Shown here in pieces: positions 12,068-23,413 of a stretch of 64,000 nucleotides of DNA (the stretch's first letter is position 1; the number at the start of each line of letters is the position of its first letter). This stretch comes from Haplodiscus bocki (lineage: Eukaryota): contig OZ296650.1 of assembly GCA_965655095.1 (NCBI GenBank), forward strand, positions 47,182,001 to 47,246,000, written 5' to 3'. Under the pieces are notes generated by a model. It ran no database searches, had not been told where the DNA came from, and saw nothing but the letters and a program-made list of their open reading frames with translations. The position numbers were made by a program, and so were the translations under genes.

Positions 12068-12599
12068 TGTCCTAGGCATGTATGGGACAGGAATAGGAAA
12101 GAGGATTGAAATTATTATTTGGTTCTAAATTTTATTCCTGGTGAGAGCAGTGTGTGACTAAAGCTCCGTTTGTTGTCTAAGTTAACACTATGGTTACGGT
12201 GCGTCAGTTGTTTTATCAATATACATGAAAGTCTCTAAAGCCTTTATCTTTCGTACTCTCGGTGCCTTGCTGGCCTCGCGGACAAGGAGTGCGTTAATTC
12301 AATTAGCAAGGACTTGGGAGCGAGGAAAGGAAAATGGAAATGAAATAATCAAAGAATCGGTGTACAAGAAGCAATGGAATGCGTGCAAGTGAACTGAAGT
12401 GCAGCTGCCTATATTTGGGATTGAGTCATCGTGACTGTAGCCTAGAAAGGGATAAGCTGTGACATAATAGCAGTCTGGTTTAAAAAACTCAAATCTGAAT
12501 CTGATGGGAATTCGATAGGCTTGACTAATTTCCATTGGCTGTATCTCCCTGCTCTACGTGTGCGCTCCCTTGCACTTGAGAAGATATAGACTGTTTACA
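12068..12599 (-). repeat. Probable 5' LTR (~530 bp)
   Basis: Begins TGTAAACAG at 12599, contains CCAAT (~12535) and AATAAA (~12135), and ends ...GGACA at 12068. It is followed by AAC-TAGTGCGACCAG, a possible decayed PBS. The partner LTR is outside the window, so the inner boundary is unverified. Confidence 0.55.
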
Positions 12600-12816
12600 T
12601 GAATAGTTTTCTCAAACCAGGTGTTCATTGTGGAGAAAAAAATGGTTGACAGCTTCTTTCTTGGCCTTGTGAGTCAATTTTTTTCCATACATCGTAAAAA
12701 GTAATGAATACCACTTGCTACAAGCTAATCGTCTTTATTTCTCTTGCTTTGCTGCAGTCAGGTTGCTACAACCTTTGTATCAATTTCAGAGTTTTTGTTA
12801 TTCATTGGTTATCAAA

Positions 12817-15800
12817 ATGCCTAGTCTCTACCGCAACGAAAAAGTTACTTGAGAAAATCATGGAAGCAAACTACAAATAGGAAAATTGTGCGACACAAAA
12901 GGAGAGGTTCAATTGGAACAACTTTTCATGTCGAATGTCCCAAATTGTACACAACGGACAAAATACATCGGAAACCACAAATGTGGATGTGTCAGAGTTA
13001 GTGGGAGATTGATGATGAGAGTTTGAAGGAAGAACTGGAAATGTACTAGCACTTCTTTGTGATTTCTGAGTTGGAGAATGGGAGACACAGTCTTTACATT
13101 AGTCATGGAGTTAACGGATTTACACGCGTTGAATCGGATACTAGACACAGTGTCCACGAAGCTCAAACAAGTAGCAAAGTTTTACTTTGCATTTGGCTTT
13201 GTGCTCAAGAATGTAGAAGATAAAATTTGCTGGTAACATCATGAACGCGATAATAATGCTTCAATGGAACGATCAAAAGTTGTGCCGACCGAAAAAGAAC
13301 TGGTGACCATCAGGAAAATGTTGAGTAACAATGATATTATCGAAGCGTGCAAAAAAAGAGCAGACGCAAAATGGAAATTCGAGAAACTGGCTGTAGTCAC
13401 TGTTCTTCCTGCTCAACTCAGAAACGTTCCCGATGGGTTTAAGGACGCACAACTGACAGAACCTTCAACGAGAAGCCACTTTCAGTTGTCAAACTTGCGG
13501 ACAGAATACTAGAAAACCGTTCAACAAAAAAAAAATTACGTTTCTTCAGAACTTTCGCCGTGCATTTGTACGGGAGCAAGGGACTTGGGGAAAAAAATTC
13601 AAAAATTTTCAAACACTTCCCAGAGAAAAACCGAAGCATTCAACCAGCGGCTTCTCAAGGTGCTGGGATGAATGATATTCGAAATGTGGAAGGCTTCGTT
13701 TAGGTAAACATCTTTCTGTACGATATAAACTTGATGGACGGAGCAAAAACATGAGAGCTCGCCAGGAGAAGGTTGGCGAACATTCCAAACACTGTACGAA
13801 TAGTACGTGACAAAAGCCAGATTTGCCAAGTCTCTGATATCAATGTACTCTTCGAAACTTTTAACTGCCCGTCGTGTGATATCTCCTTCAGCAGAAGACC
13901 CAATTTGGAGCGTCATATATCTACTTGTAGTGAAAGAGGTAAGCATGTCTGTGCAAAGAAGCTGTATCAGCTGCACGGACCCTATTTGACAAGCTTGATT
14001 CGTTTGGTAGCCCTTATATAGACAAACAAAAGCTGTTCAACAAAATTTTTGAACCGATCTATGACGAAGAAGAATTTGAAGGTACCGAAATAACAACATG
14101 GATTGGGAAGCATATCCCACTTTCGATATTGATATCGTACAACTTTTTACAAGAACCCATATTCCTCAGCGATCCTAATCCTCGTGACTTTGAATCGTCT
14201 TCCATTGATGCTTTGGAGAATTTGGCCATTCAAAATAAATCTCAAATGAAAATGAAGCCCTTCAAAATGAAACCTAAACAAAAAGTAAACTTGCACGTAT
14301 CGTAAAGCAATTACTGAACGCCGCAGTCACGATGTTGGTTTCGAAGCAAACTAATTGGATGCTGAATCAGAAAACGGAGGAAAATTCTTAACATTGTAAG
14401 CGAAAGTGGTTTTGAACCGGTTGTAATCATAAAAGTCCACTAATTTCTGTCGCTCAGAGTTAGTAATGTTCAAGTTTTTGACAGTTTGAGCTTGGAGGTG
14501 CTACAAAACTTGATTCAATCCAGAAAGACCACAAGACATCGGAACCGAAAAAATTTTTCTACGAACGGTATAATCACCCAGAGAAGTTGAAGAGCAAAGA
14601 GCTTCCTCCTTACGAAGCCTTTAACAAAAAATTGCAAAATTGCAATCCAATCAGAAAAAAAGTATCTTGACGACGAGAAGTTGATCTGCAGTGGTTTATT
14701 GACAGAGTCTGCCCTCGTCAAAAAGGGACTCCCTGAAAAATCAACTGGATCAGAGAACTATTCGTACATTGTGAGTGTGGTAACAGGAAAAAAACGCAGT
14801 CATTCCAAGACTTTTTGCACCAACGCAAAAACAAAGATTTTTCAACACGAAGTTTTGCCGAAAAAGATTTAAACTCATCAAAACGAAGGCATTGGTAAGC
14901 TCAGGCTTGGATGCGATTTAGCTAACCTAGGCAACATTTGTCTGAAGAGTTCTACCGAAACAAAATGTTGTCCACTTACCTAATGTGATCAAGATTTCTC
15001 AAAAATTCAAGGAGGTAATGTTGGAGGACCGTTCATAGCGTTTACACGTAAAGCTGTTGTAGATGAGACTCATATTCGCAAGTCCACAAAAATTTGCAAA
15101 TCGATCGTTAGAATGCATGCTAGCCAACTTCGCCTTTATTTAATGGACTCTACACAAGATACACTTTTGATGCAGAATGGCAAAAGTTCAAGCATCACCG
15201 GAACAAGTGTAGAAGGTTCGAAAATGAGGTGATGTCGTACGTTCAACAAATGAAACCCACTTGCAAAATATAGAGATTCTACACAATGGGAATCCGGAAA
15301 ACGATTAATTCAATGCAGATGGCTTTTGTGGACAGTGCAACCCAGTGTTTGAAACAGTGGGTTGTTTTTTATCATTACTGTCATTGTCAAGAAGCACATT
15401 AATGATGAAAAGTCACTTCCATCGATCATCAATGAAAAGTTCAAGAGATTGTGACATATCAATGATCAACTCTACGAAATAAAGCTCGTCAAATCGACGG
15501 AAAAGAAAGTCATTGTAGATTTCGTTACCCTGTAGTACACTAAATGGAAAATGTATTAGCTTTTTACAACTTTTCCTAAAAACTTTGCGATAATGGACGC
15601 CCTGTGCAGAAAACACACAAAAAAGTCATCAAAAAGGGAGGAGAGCCTGGATTGCTCAACAAACAAGAATCTCGAAGCACTGAAAAGTAGTGTTTGTGTA
15701 GTAAGAGACTGCTATTACACCTCTGTGAGCACCAAGTATCATTCAGCTGCAAAGTGAAAAAGCGAACAATTGAAGACAGTGGAGAAGGACTTATCGAAAA

Positions 15801-15963
15801 ATATCGAAAAGTGTTGGACGGAACGGACAATGTAACAACTACAAATCGTGAATTTCGAACAAAGAAAAGTGCGGCAACCTACGAGCAAACGGAAGACTCA
15901 TATTTTCATACGAAAGGAAAAGTTGAAGCAAATGGAATCCATACTTTTCCATTGCTAGCGTGA
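12817..15963 (+). pseudogene. Polinton/Maverick-type protein-primed DNA polymerase B pseudogene (internally deleted)
   Basis: N-terminal Zn-finger remnants (MPSLYRNEKVT.; FNCPSCDISFSRRPNLERHISTCSER). Motif A region VGGPFIAFTRKAVVDETHIRKSTKICKSIVRMHASQL (~15020-15130). DGFCGQCNPVFETVGCF.HYCHC (VSR-like insert). C-terminus EKYRKVLDG...NREFR...GIHTFPL. Motifs B and C were not found. Confidence 0.8.
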
Positions 15964-16284
15964 AAAATCAATAGACGAGGTATTGGTTCAAATATGTAAA
16001 AACTGCAGTACTTTTTTCAACTTTCAATCAATTTTTTCACATAGCATTAAGTCTTAGCAGTACCCAGAATAAAAGTTCAGCAGGCGTGTTTGAAGTTTGA
16101 AAGGTCCGCAAGCGTACTAAAATGTACGACAGGCTTCACCAAAAAACTGCTTCCGTCCGAGTAGGTTCGAGTTCCGCAGACGCAACTCGCCTCCCCCCCC
16201 ACACACCCACACACACTTCTGCTCATTTGTTAGCACAGAATATAAAATAAATCCATACAAACTATGTCAAACGAAATTGGCTAC

Positions 16285-16655
16285 CCTAATGCATTGACAT
16301 ACCAAACTTGTGCCGAACATGATATAGCCCATGCATTCGCATATCTATTGACTCGGGGTAACGCGAATTGTACTGAACAGCCTTTGGAATGCCTATCGCT
16401 ATTTTTAAACATTGACTCCTCGGGGTAAGCCGACTTGTTCCGAATACATTACTTAACTCAATACATTGCCTATCTTATTACATTGACTCGGGTTTTGTCG
16501 CCTATCTTAATACATTGCACCCATGAATTAAAATACGAAACGAGAACGGGTCTGCACTACACAACAGCGGTATCAGCTCCATGCTGCTCCCGGACCGCTA
16601 TATCCTATCTCAAAAACACGTGGACCTACAACCCGCCCCGTCTGATTGACTCACT
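16285..16655. repeat. Cluster of short imperfect direct repeats (core CCTATC..TACATTGACTCGGG)
   Basis: ATTGAC/ATTGACTC at ~16293, 16348, 16411, 16482 and 16645; CCTATC at ~16392, 16469, 16501 and 16604. Confidence 0.6.
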
Positions 16656-19600
16656 TACTACTTAAGAAGCTTACTTTTTGTACCGAAAAGTAAACAAAAA
16701 CACCTAATTTAAAACATCAAAATCAATTCCGTCCTCTGGCTATTTTGTCTCATATGACCACCGCCAAGCTGAGCCGTTCCTAGTTTAATTTTCAAAGCAC
16801 GACGCTCTTCTCACTTCCAATCGACCCATTCTTCGGTGAAATTTTTGTCTCGTAAATTTTTGAACGAAATGCTAACGCAGCGTTCGTTTATTCACCAAAA
16901 AATTCTGCGCAACTAATGGCGTGCTACTCAATTTTCGTTCTGGTACATTCAAAACAAAAACTATGGTTCACAGAAAATATAGTCGTCGAAAATTGGTTTC
17001 GATAACCCAGCAGCGGTAAGTCGAAAAACCACTGCATTCAGTTCTTTTCCAAAAGGAAAACATGGTTTCGAAAGAATAATTGTTTTCGCTTGAACTTCCG
17101 TCAATAAAGTCTGCTGACGCACGAATCTTGGCAAGAAACGATGGTTTACTGATCTTCTAAAGCAAAAATTGCGGTTGCGCAAAAAAATTCTCGTACCTGT
17201 TTCTCCCTCGAATACCCCCACTCGAACTTCTGGCAATTAGGTCTGCCAGTGCGCGAATATTGGGGTTAATCGAGAGTTATTTGAATTGTTTGAAGATACC
17301 AAATTATTTTGTTCCAGGAAAACAATCTAAAACAAACGTAGCGCCCTTTAACCCTCGACTATTCACGTTCTGAATATCTGTTGAGCTATCACCTGAATAA
17401 TGATTGGAAAAACGCTAGCGAAAAAACGACGGAACAACACATTTATAGTTGGTATCGGAATTATCTTTTGAAAAAAGCTACACTTCATGAATTTCTCCGC
17501 CATCCCCATCTATACATCGACCCTCAATTATCCTCCAACTTAACAGCACCAAAAATGCTGAGAAACCTTGGCAGAATAGCGAGCGATTATTAAACTTATC
17601 GTTGTAATGTAATTATCTTATAAAAGTCAGCATTGCTTTCTATTGTTTTGCGGCAAAACAAAAACCTCAAGAAATTTTAATGAACACCACTCATCCTTCA
17701 ATTATCCGCCACTCTTTATTCCATCACTTTTTCCGACTTAACGAAGATGTTTAGTGGTTGAAGAAAATATACGCCGGACTCGTTTTTAAGCCAACTTCGA
17801 CTGAATGATTAGACATTTCATCGAAAATAAGCGAACGAAATTCGGGCCCGAAATGTTCCACGGAAGTTGGCGAAAGGTCGGGAATTTTATACACTTCACT
17901 TTGTTTCATGGAATTTTCTTCGAGAAAGCAAAAACTACAAAATTTCCCTTCCAGTATATTGAGCCTTAAGGCCGGCTCCGACTCTGGCTATCCTTGGTTT
18001 GCTTTTTTCGGATGACGCTCTTCTCACTTCAAACCGACCCACGGTTTATTGCCTCTAATTCCGTACATTAAAATAGAAAATGCTACCAAAACACCAAATT
18101 GACCGCCAAAAAAATCAGCGCAACCATTCGAGGGATACTTCAAAGTTTTCACAATATTCAAGAAAGAGGAAATCAAAAAAAACGAAGAGGGTGATACTAA
18201 CGAAATGATGAGAGAAAGATTACGTGATCCAATAACACGAGCCCCAGTGGCACTTCGATACTTTCTGGCAAGAGACCGCAGAGGAAGTATAGAAATTACT
18301 TCAAAAGCTTTTGAAAAACAAAGAGACCATATACTCCCAAAGGAGCGCAATTTTCCAGCTTTTGGCATTTCGGCCATTATATATCCAATGACGGTAATCG
18401 AATAGAATGCAGTATCATCCAATTACCTTCAACAAAAAGGAAACTGTCAAACGGAAAATTTCACGAATGAGGCGTACCAAAAGTCTCATGGAAAAGAATT
18501 TTGAAGTACGGACACATCAACAGCAATTTGATTTTTCGACATCTTCCAACCACGTAGTATCCAATGCAAGTCACGAAACCGATAACATTATCAAGTACAC
18601 ACCTTTTACAAATCTAAGTTAATTGGCGTAGAACTTGAAACGAAAATTCCAAGACGTAAATGTGAAGAAAAACCAATTTGGAAATAAAATATTAAAAGTG
18701 AACTACTCTTTTCGGAACGTTTAGACGTAAAGTAATCTCAGCACAAATGAACATGCCACCATCCCAAGTCCTTCCAAAGCTATGACCCGTTTGAAATACA
18801 CTGTTTAAAGAAAATAAAGACAATTTTTGACCTTTTTGGACTACCAGGTATCCAATGCAGGAAAAAACAATATAGGCAATTACCATCTTCAAACTCTATA
18901 AAAAAATGCCACCTTTTTGCAAGAAAGCTATCGGGATTTTTGAAAAAAAAAGTTACAATACGTTGAGAAAAACAGAACCACATTATTATTTTGAGATTTT
19001 CGAATTACCAACTGTACAAAGGAAGTCACCAAAACAAAAAAAACTTTCTACAAGCAGCATTCCGCCGTTGGAGTCCATGATGGAACAAAGCCATCATCCG
19101 AAAGGTTCTAAAAAAGAGTTTGAAAAAAGATTGCTGAAGGAACTTTTCGGCATTTTGGCCTATCTAGTTCCCTATGCAAAAAGCAAAAGCGAAGAGATTA
19201 TTGAAAAACATTACTAGATATGAAACCGTATATTAACATCAGGATGAAAGAAATCTAACACGTAGTTTTGGAGTTTGAAAACCGATTTAAGAAACACTAA
19301 GGATAGCAGGCTTTGGCATTTTCCACCTACAAGGTAACGATACCAGGAACAAAATTGATGCCTCAATCACATGACAACCTTCCACGAAAAAACAAGCCGT
19401 TGATAGAGAACTTCATGAAAGAGGCTCTACTGGACTGGTAGTATTGCAGAAATGTAGAAACAATGAAAATAAAAAAATCTGCTCGTAAAACGATGCGAAG
19501 CGACTCTCTTGGGCTAAATAACCGCAGTTAGGCCATACTGTTGCAAAAGACGCAGAACGTGAACTCGTGTGGATAGTCGTGGGTACTTTTCACAAGAGCA

Positions 19601-20094
19601 ATACCGAATTCCTTTTCCTTTCCCGTTAAATAAGGAAAAATAGTGAAAAAATCGTTAATCGTCGCCGCATCTCAAGCAAAACTTTGCCAATCAACGCTGA
19701 TAAGTTCATCCCTTGCTATTCTGAGCCGTTAGTGAAACCTAAAAGGTCTCTGTCACTGCTTCCAAAGTTTGTGTTCGAAAGTAATTAGTCAAAAGTTGAT
19801 CTTTTCTAGTCTAGGCCGCTGAAGTAGTCGCATGTAGATATCCTTCCAAACCAACAAGTTCCCAGAAACCTCTCCTTCAATCCGGACCATGTTACTTTAC
19901 AAGTCTGCAAAAGAAATCGAACACTTTAAGTTGCTGAACTCAAACCTTCTCCGTCTGAATAGCCAGTTCCAGGAATATCGAAAAACAGATCTAAGTTAAT
20001 TATGTATAGAAAATACAAAGCTTATTTGGTTTGAAAATAGGAGAGAAAATGCACCTTATTACTAGGCCAGCAATGCGGCACAATGATAAATTAT

Positions 20095-21720
20095 CAAACC
20101 CAAAGATGAATTCCCGCGCCCGGTATTCCTCTCTGTGGTTCAGCTTTTGGACTCTCCAACCATTGTGGAGGGCTTCCAGCTCCAAAAATTCGATTCCGTT
20201 AATTATTTGTTTTATCAATTACTTGGATCTCGGCTTAATTAATTGTTTCATAATGTTTGATGTGTTCACCAAAATCACTGGAGGCTCTTGAGTGCTCATG
20301 AGACAATGTGACAAGGCGGACGGTTGCTTGTCCGACGGAGCTCGACTTACATCCAGAACAGGTGATTTGGTACACCACGAGGCTTAACATCATTTTAGGC
20401 ACTAGACAAGAGTGAAGAGAGAATGTTTTTCAGTTTTCGAGTTCTGAAAGCCACACTGGTGTTAGCTCATCTTTTTAATTCCTTGGTAAATTGATAACTT
20501 TTCAATCTTCTATATTGCAGTACCATGTTAGATCTTGGATCAGGTCATTCGGTAGACGTGTTCAGTGGAAAACTAGTTTTACCACTCAGAATCCATTGTT
20601 TTTCTCAGAAAAAGCTCGTAAAACTGAGGTGCGTACTGTTTGTGTCTCCGAAATTTCATTTGCTTTCTACAAACCTTAGTGAAACTTTTCCAAGTGGACG
20701 TTCCTTCAATATTATTTTTTGTAAGATATTGAAGCTGAAGCAACGTGTCTGAATTGAAGCATAAAAACCGTACGGGTTGGTTTTTGGTACCAGGGAGCGT
20801 TCACGATTCCTTTTTCTAGATCTCCTTTCATGCCGAGGAAGAACCTCGAATAGTTTTGAAATCGATCACATTCTGATGGAGCCAGTTTTTGCTGCGCAGT
20901 ATATATTCAATTGCATCAATTCTTGCACATGAGAACATCGTCAAAATACCTTCCAAATAATCAGTAATTATACATCTCTTCAGGGTTGATGAGTTCCCGC
21001 CAGAACACAATTTGGAGTCCTTGTTTCTCTCATGGAGACGATTTATCATTGCACCACATTGGATGGAGGCTTGATGATAACAATATTTATCATCAAGCCT
21101 CCATGAATTGTGGTGCATTGATAAAACTATAACACCGACAAAAATGCCTCATTATTTCATCTGGATCCCTACAATCCTTCTTTTCAATTCTCGAAGCGAG
21201 CATTGATACAAGTGATTTTAGTGAAAGTGTGAAGCAGCTACACTTTCTGATGAAGTCAAAAATGCAAAAGTTGTGCGAGAAAGACACCCTACTTCGTCTC
21301 AAAAACGAACTGGAATTTGATACCAGCTTGTCTAAAAAACAAACAGCCGGAAAAGTTCCAATTCAGCGCCACAATGAAGCCAAAAACATTAATAGTGTAG
21401 TCTTTCGCTTTTTGAAAAGATTTGGCTTTACCGGAAAAAAAGGGTTTGCTATAGTTTTCTTTACAAAAAAAGTCTCCCACTGTTGAAATCTATGAAAAGC
21501 AAAAACCAATATGAAAACTTCTCAAGTTCTTGGAGTATGACAACCCCTTTCAAAAAGACCTCAAGAAATTCCAAAGGTGAAAACTCAGCATCAGGTAGGT
21601 TGGAGAGATGAGCTAGGAGTGGAAAGCTCCCGATGAAATGTTTTGATTTTGTGTTGCAACTTTGCTTTTAGGCTACCAAAAATTTTCCGACATCCCAAAT
21701 TATTAAATAGTTTCATGTTG
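20095..21720 (-). mobile_element. Degenerate Penelope-like retroelement (RT + GIY-YIG endonuclease)
   Basis: SLVVYQITCSGCKSSSVGQATVRLVTLSHEH (GIY-YIG) at ~20290-20385. C-terminal LELEALH...KLNHREEYRARE. DPDEIM..F (RT motif region) at ~21150. N-terminal NLPDAEFSPLE..VF.KGLSYS at ~21540-21600. Confidence 0.8.
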
Positions 21721-21784
21721 ATAATGTTAATGATATCGTTCTGTGTGGACCACCTCGTCAGAGGGTTTTAGAGACAGAACGTGA

Positions 21785-22429
21785 ATGTTGATTCATATTG
21801 CTGCCGCTAGTGTTTTACATCGAACCATCAGAGACAGTAATATCAACATTCGAGCCCACGACATCCGTCGTATCACTGCAATCCCTGGATTGTCCCTGAA
21901 CCCGAGAGCTTTGAATCAATTCACAGTTCTCCAGAACCTGCTAGTGGGGAAGCTGAAAAACTACAGAATCCTCATCTGGCACGACGTCATCAACAACTCG
22001 CTGACACCCCACAGCTCCAACAACAACAATCCCTGCACCGTCAAAGAACTTGTCGTGATTCTGAAAGGAATCAAGAAGCAAGTTACTGCGATTGTCTACT
22101 GTCGACGGAAGTTTGAAGGAAAACTCCTGCCAGATATCAGTGAACGACTCGCAGAAACAGGAATCAGAATTATTGAGGTGAAACGTCACCTAATATCGAG
22201 ACGCAAAAACAGCGACCCAGTTTATTTGGATGAACTCGCTGAACTACACCCCACGCCAGCGTCTCAAAGCATTCTTCTGCAGACGATCTTGCGACACTTG
22301 GTGAAGAAGACGGCAGATCGCGAAGAACTGCAGCCTGTTCAAGGTCGTCGAAGGTCAAAAGTGAAGCGCCCATCGCAGAAGAAAAGGAAGCAGGCCCAAA
22401 AGAAGCAGGAAAAGAAACAACAAGCTTAG
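21785..22429 (+). CDS. ORF0: SGNH/GDSL-hydrolase-like protein with a basic C-terminal tail
   Basis: 214-aa intact ORF. IHIAAASVLHR (block I-like Ser), AIPGL (block II Gly), LIWHDVINNSL (block III Asn), AELHP (block V His). Lys/Arg/Gln-rich C-terminus. Confidence 0.6.
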   Translation: MLIHIAAASVLHRTIRDSNINIRAHDIRRITAIPGLSLNPRALNQFTVLQNLLVGKLKNYRILIWHDVINNSLTPHSSNNNNPCTVKELVVILKGIKKQVTAIVYCRRKFEGKLLPDISERLAETGIRIIEVKRHLISRRKNSDPVYLDELAELHPTPASQSILLQTILRHLVKKTADREELQPVQGRRRSKVKRPSQKKRKQAQKKQEKKQQA

Positions 22430-22546
22430 TTGTTTAGTTGTTGTTTTTTTTTTGCTTTTGTTTTCTGTCCCTTGGGAACTCGCTGAGTTTGTTCTCGCGT
22501 AGGTCCCTTGGTGGCAGTAAGCGTAAGGCTCGTCCCCCCGCTCACC

Positions 22547-23413
22547 ATGGCACCCTGCAAGACATGTAACAAATCAATCGGTGCAAGAGATCTAACCTAT
22601 CATTGCCTTGCGTGTGAAACTACAATGCACTTAAATCCGACTTGCACAGGACTTTCAAACGTAGCAATCAATGGCATCAAGGAACTAGGCGCACGAGTAG
22701 CTCTTTTCTGCGACTGCGTTGAAAATAATCGTAAAGATCATCTTCTGAACACAATTCAGGCCAATGAAAAATTGAACTGTAAACTTGAGAGCCTTGAGCG
22801 AACGATTGAGAAGTCTATAGATGAGAGAGTCAGTAGTGTGGTTGAGAAATGCGAAACTAGTATTGAAGAAGTAGTCACGAAGGTCATCGAGAAACGGCTT
22901 GAACCACAAATCAAAGCCATACCTAACAAAACTGGCCCACCCAAATCACCCAAGACCCATCACAACGTCAAGTCAAGTTTTCGTGTGCGTGGTCTTCCAG
23001 AAGACCTCACCAAAAATAAAGAAGAAAATGCGCTCCTAGCAAATGAAAAACTTAAGGAAGTAATGACAGAAATAGGAGTTGATGTAAAAATCGAGCGGCT
23101 TCAGCGTCTCGGTAGATTTGATAAGGAACGACCGACCCCAAGGAACGTCATAGTCACTTTGAGCAATGACTGGGATGTCCGAATTGTACTTGCTAAAAGT
23201 GCTGAAAATAGAAAGAGAATGAAAGAGATGGGAATTCACATCTTGCCCGCCTTGTCGGCCGAGGATGCCAAGAGAGAAAATATGTGTCTGAAAAAACGGC
23301 GCGAGCTTCTGAACAACGGTATCACTCCATCGCAACTCAAAATACGGAACTTTGAACTTTTTCAAGATGGGTTTCTTGTCCCCCTAAGTGAAGAGCAACC
23401 CGAGCAGGATTGA
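22547..23413 (+). CDS. LINE ORF1p: PHD finger, coiled coil, RRM/CTD (L1-ORF1-like)
   Basis: Strong ATG context CACCATGG at 22547. CKTC..CLAC...H....C...C.C PHD pattern, heptad-rich middle, then FRVRGLPE, QRLGRFDKERPTPRNVIVTL and ILPALS.E. Confidence 0.88.
   Translation: MAPCKTCNKSIGARDLTYHCLACETTMHLNPTCTGLSNVAINGIKELGARVALFCDCVENNRKDHLLNTIQANEKLNCKLESLERTIEKSIDERVSSVVEKCETSIEEVVTKVIEKRLEPQIKAIPNKTGPPKSPKTHHNVKSSFRVRGLPEDLTKNKEENALLANEKLKEVMTEIGVDVKIERLQRLGRFDKERPTPRNVIVTLSNDWDVRIVLAKSAENRKRMKEMGIHILPALSAEDAKRENMCLKKRRELLNNGITPSQLKIRNFELFQDGFLVPLSEEQPEQD

Larger units (their letters stand above)
1..12599 (-). mobile_element. Large degenerate Ty3/Gypsy LTR retrotransposon with env (3' part runs off the left edge of the window)
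   Basis: Minus-strand order is LTR, gag (CCHC remnant), PR (FDTGAS), macrodomain, RT (YLDD), RNase H, INT, accessory ORFs, env. INT downstream of RT/RH is the Gypsy arrangement. Many stops and frameshifts. Confidence 0.93.

Noticed and set aside
16285-16655. CRISPR-like array
   Set aside because: Repeats are short, degenerate and irregularly spaced; eukaryotic context with no cas genes.
18205-18405. Apparent conserved peptide R(A/G)(P/A)VALRYFL(A/S)R shared with ORF 46334..46537
   Set aside because: Similarity is confined to ~35 nt that form the ACAAGA-hairpin DNA motif, and a third copy at 31031 has a stop in that frame. It is better explained as a non-coding terminus.
19800-19915. Minus-strand TTTCTTTTGCAG acceptor as a candidate MTCH exon 2
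   Set aside because: No frame gives MTCH-like sequence, and all frames reach stops quickly.
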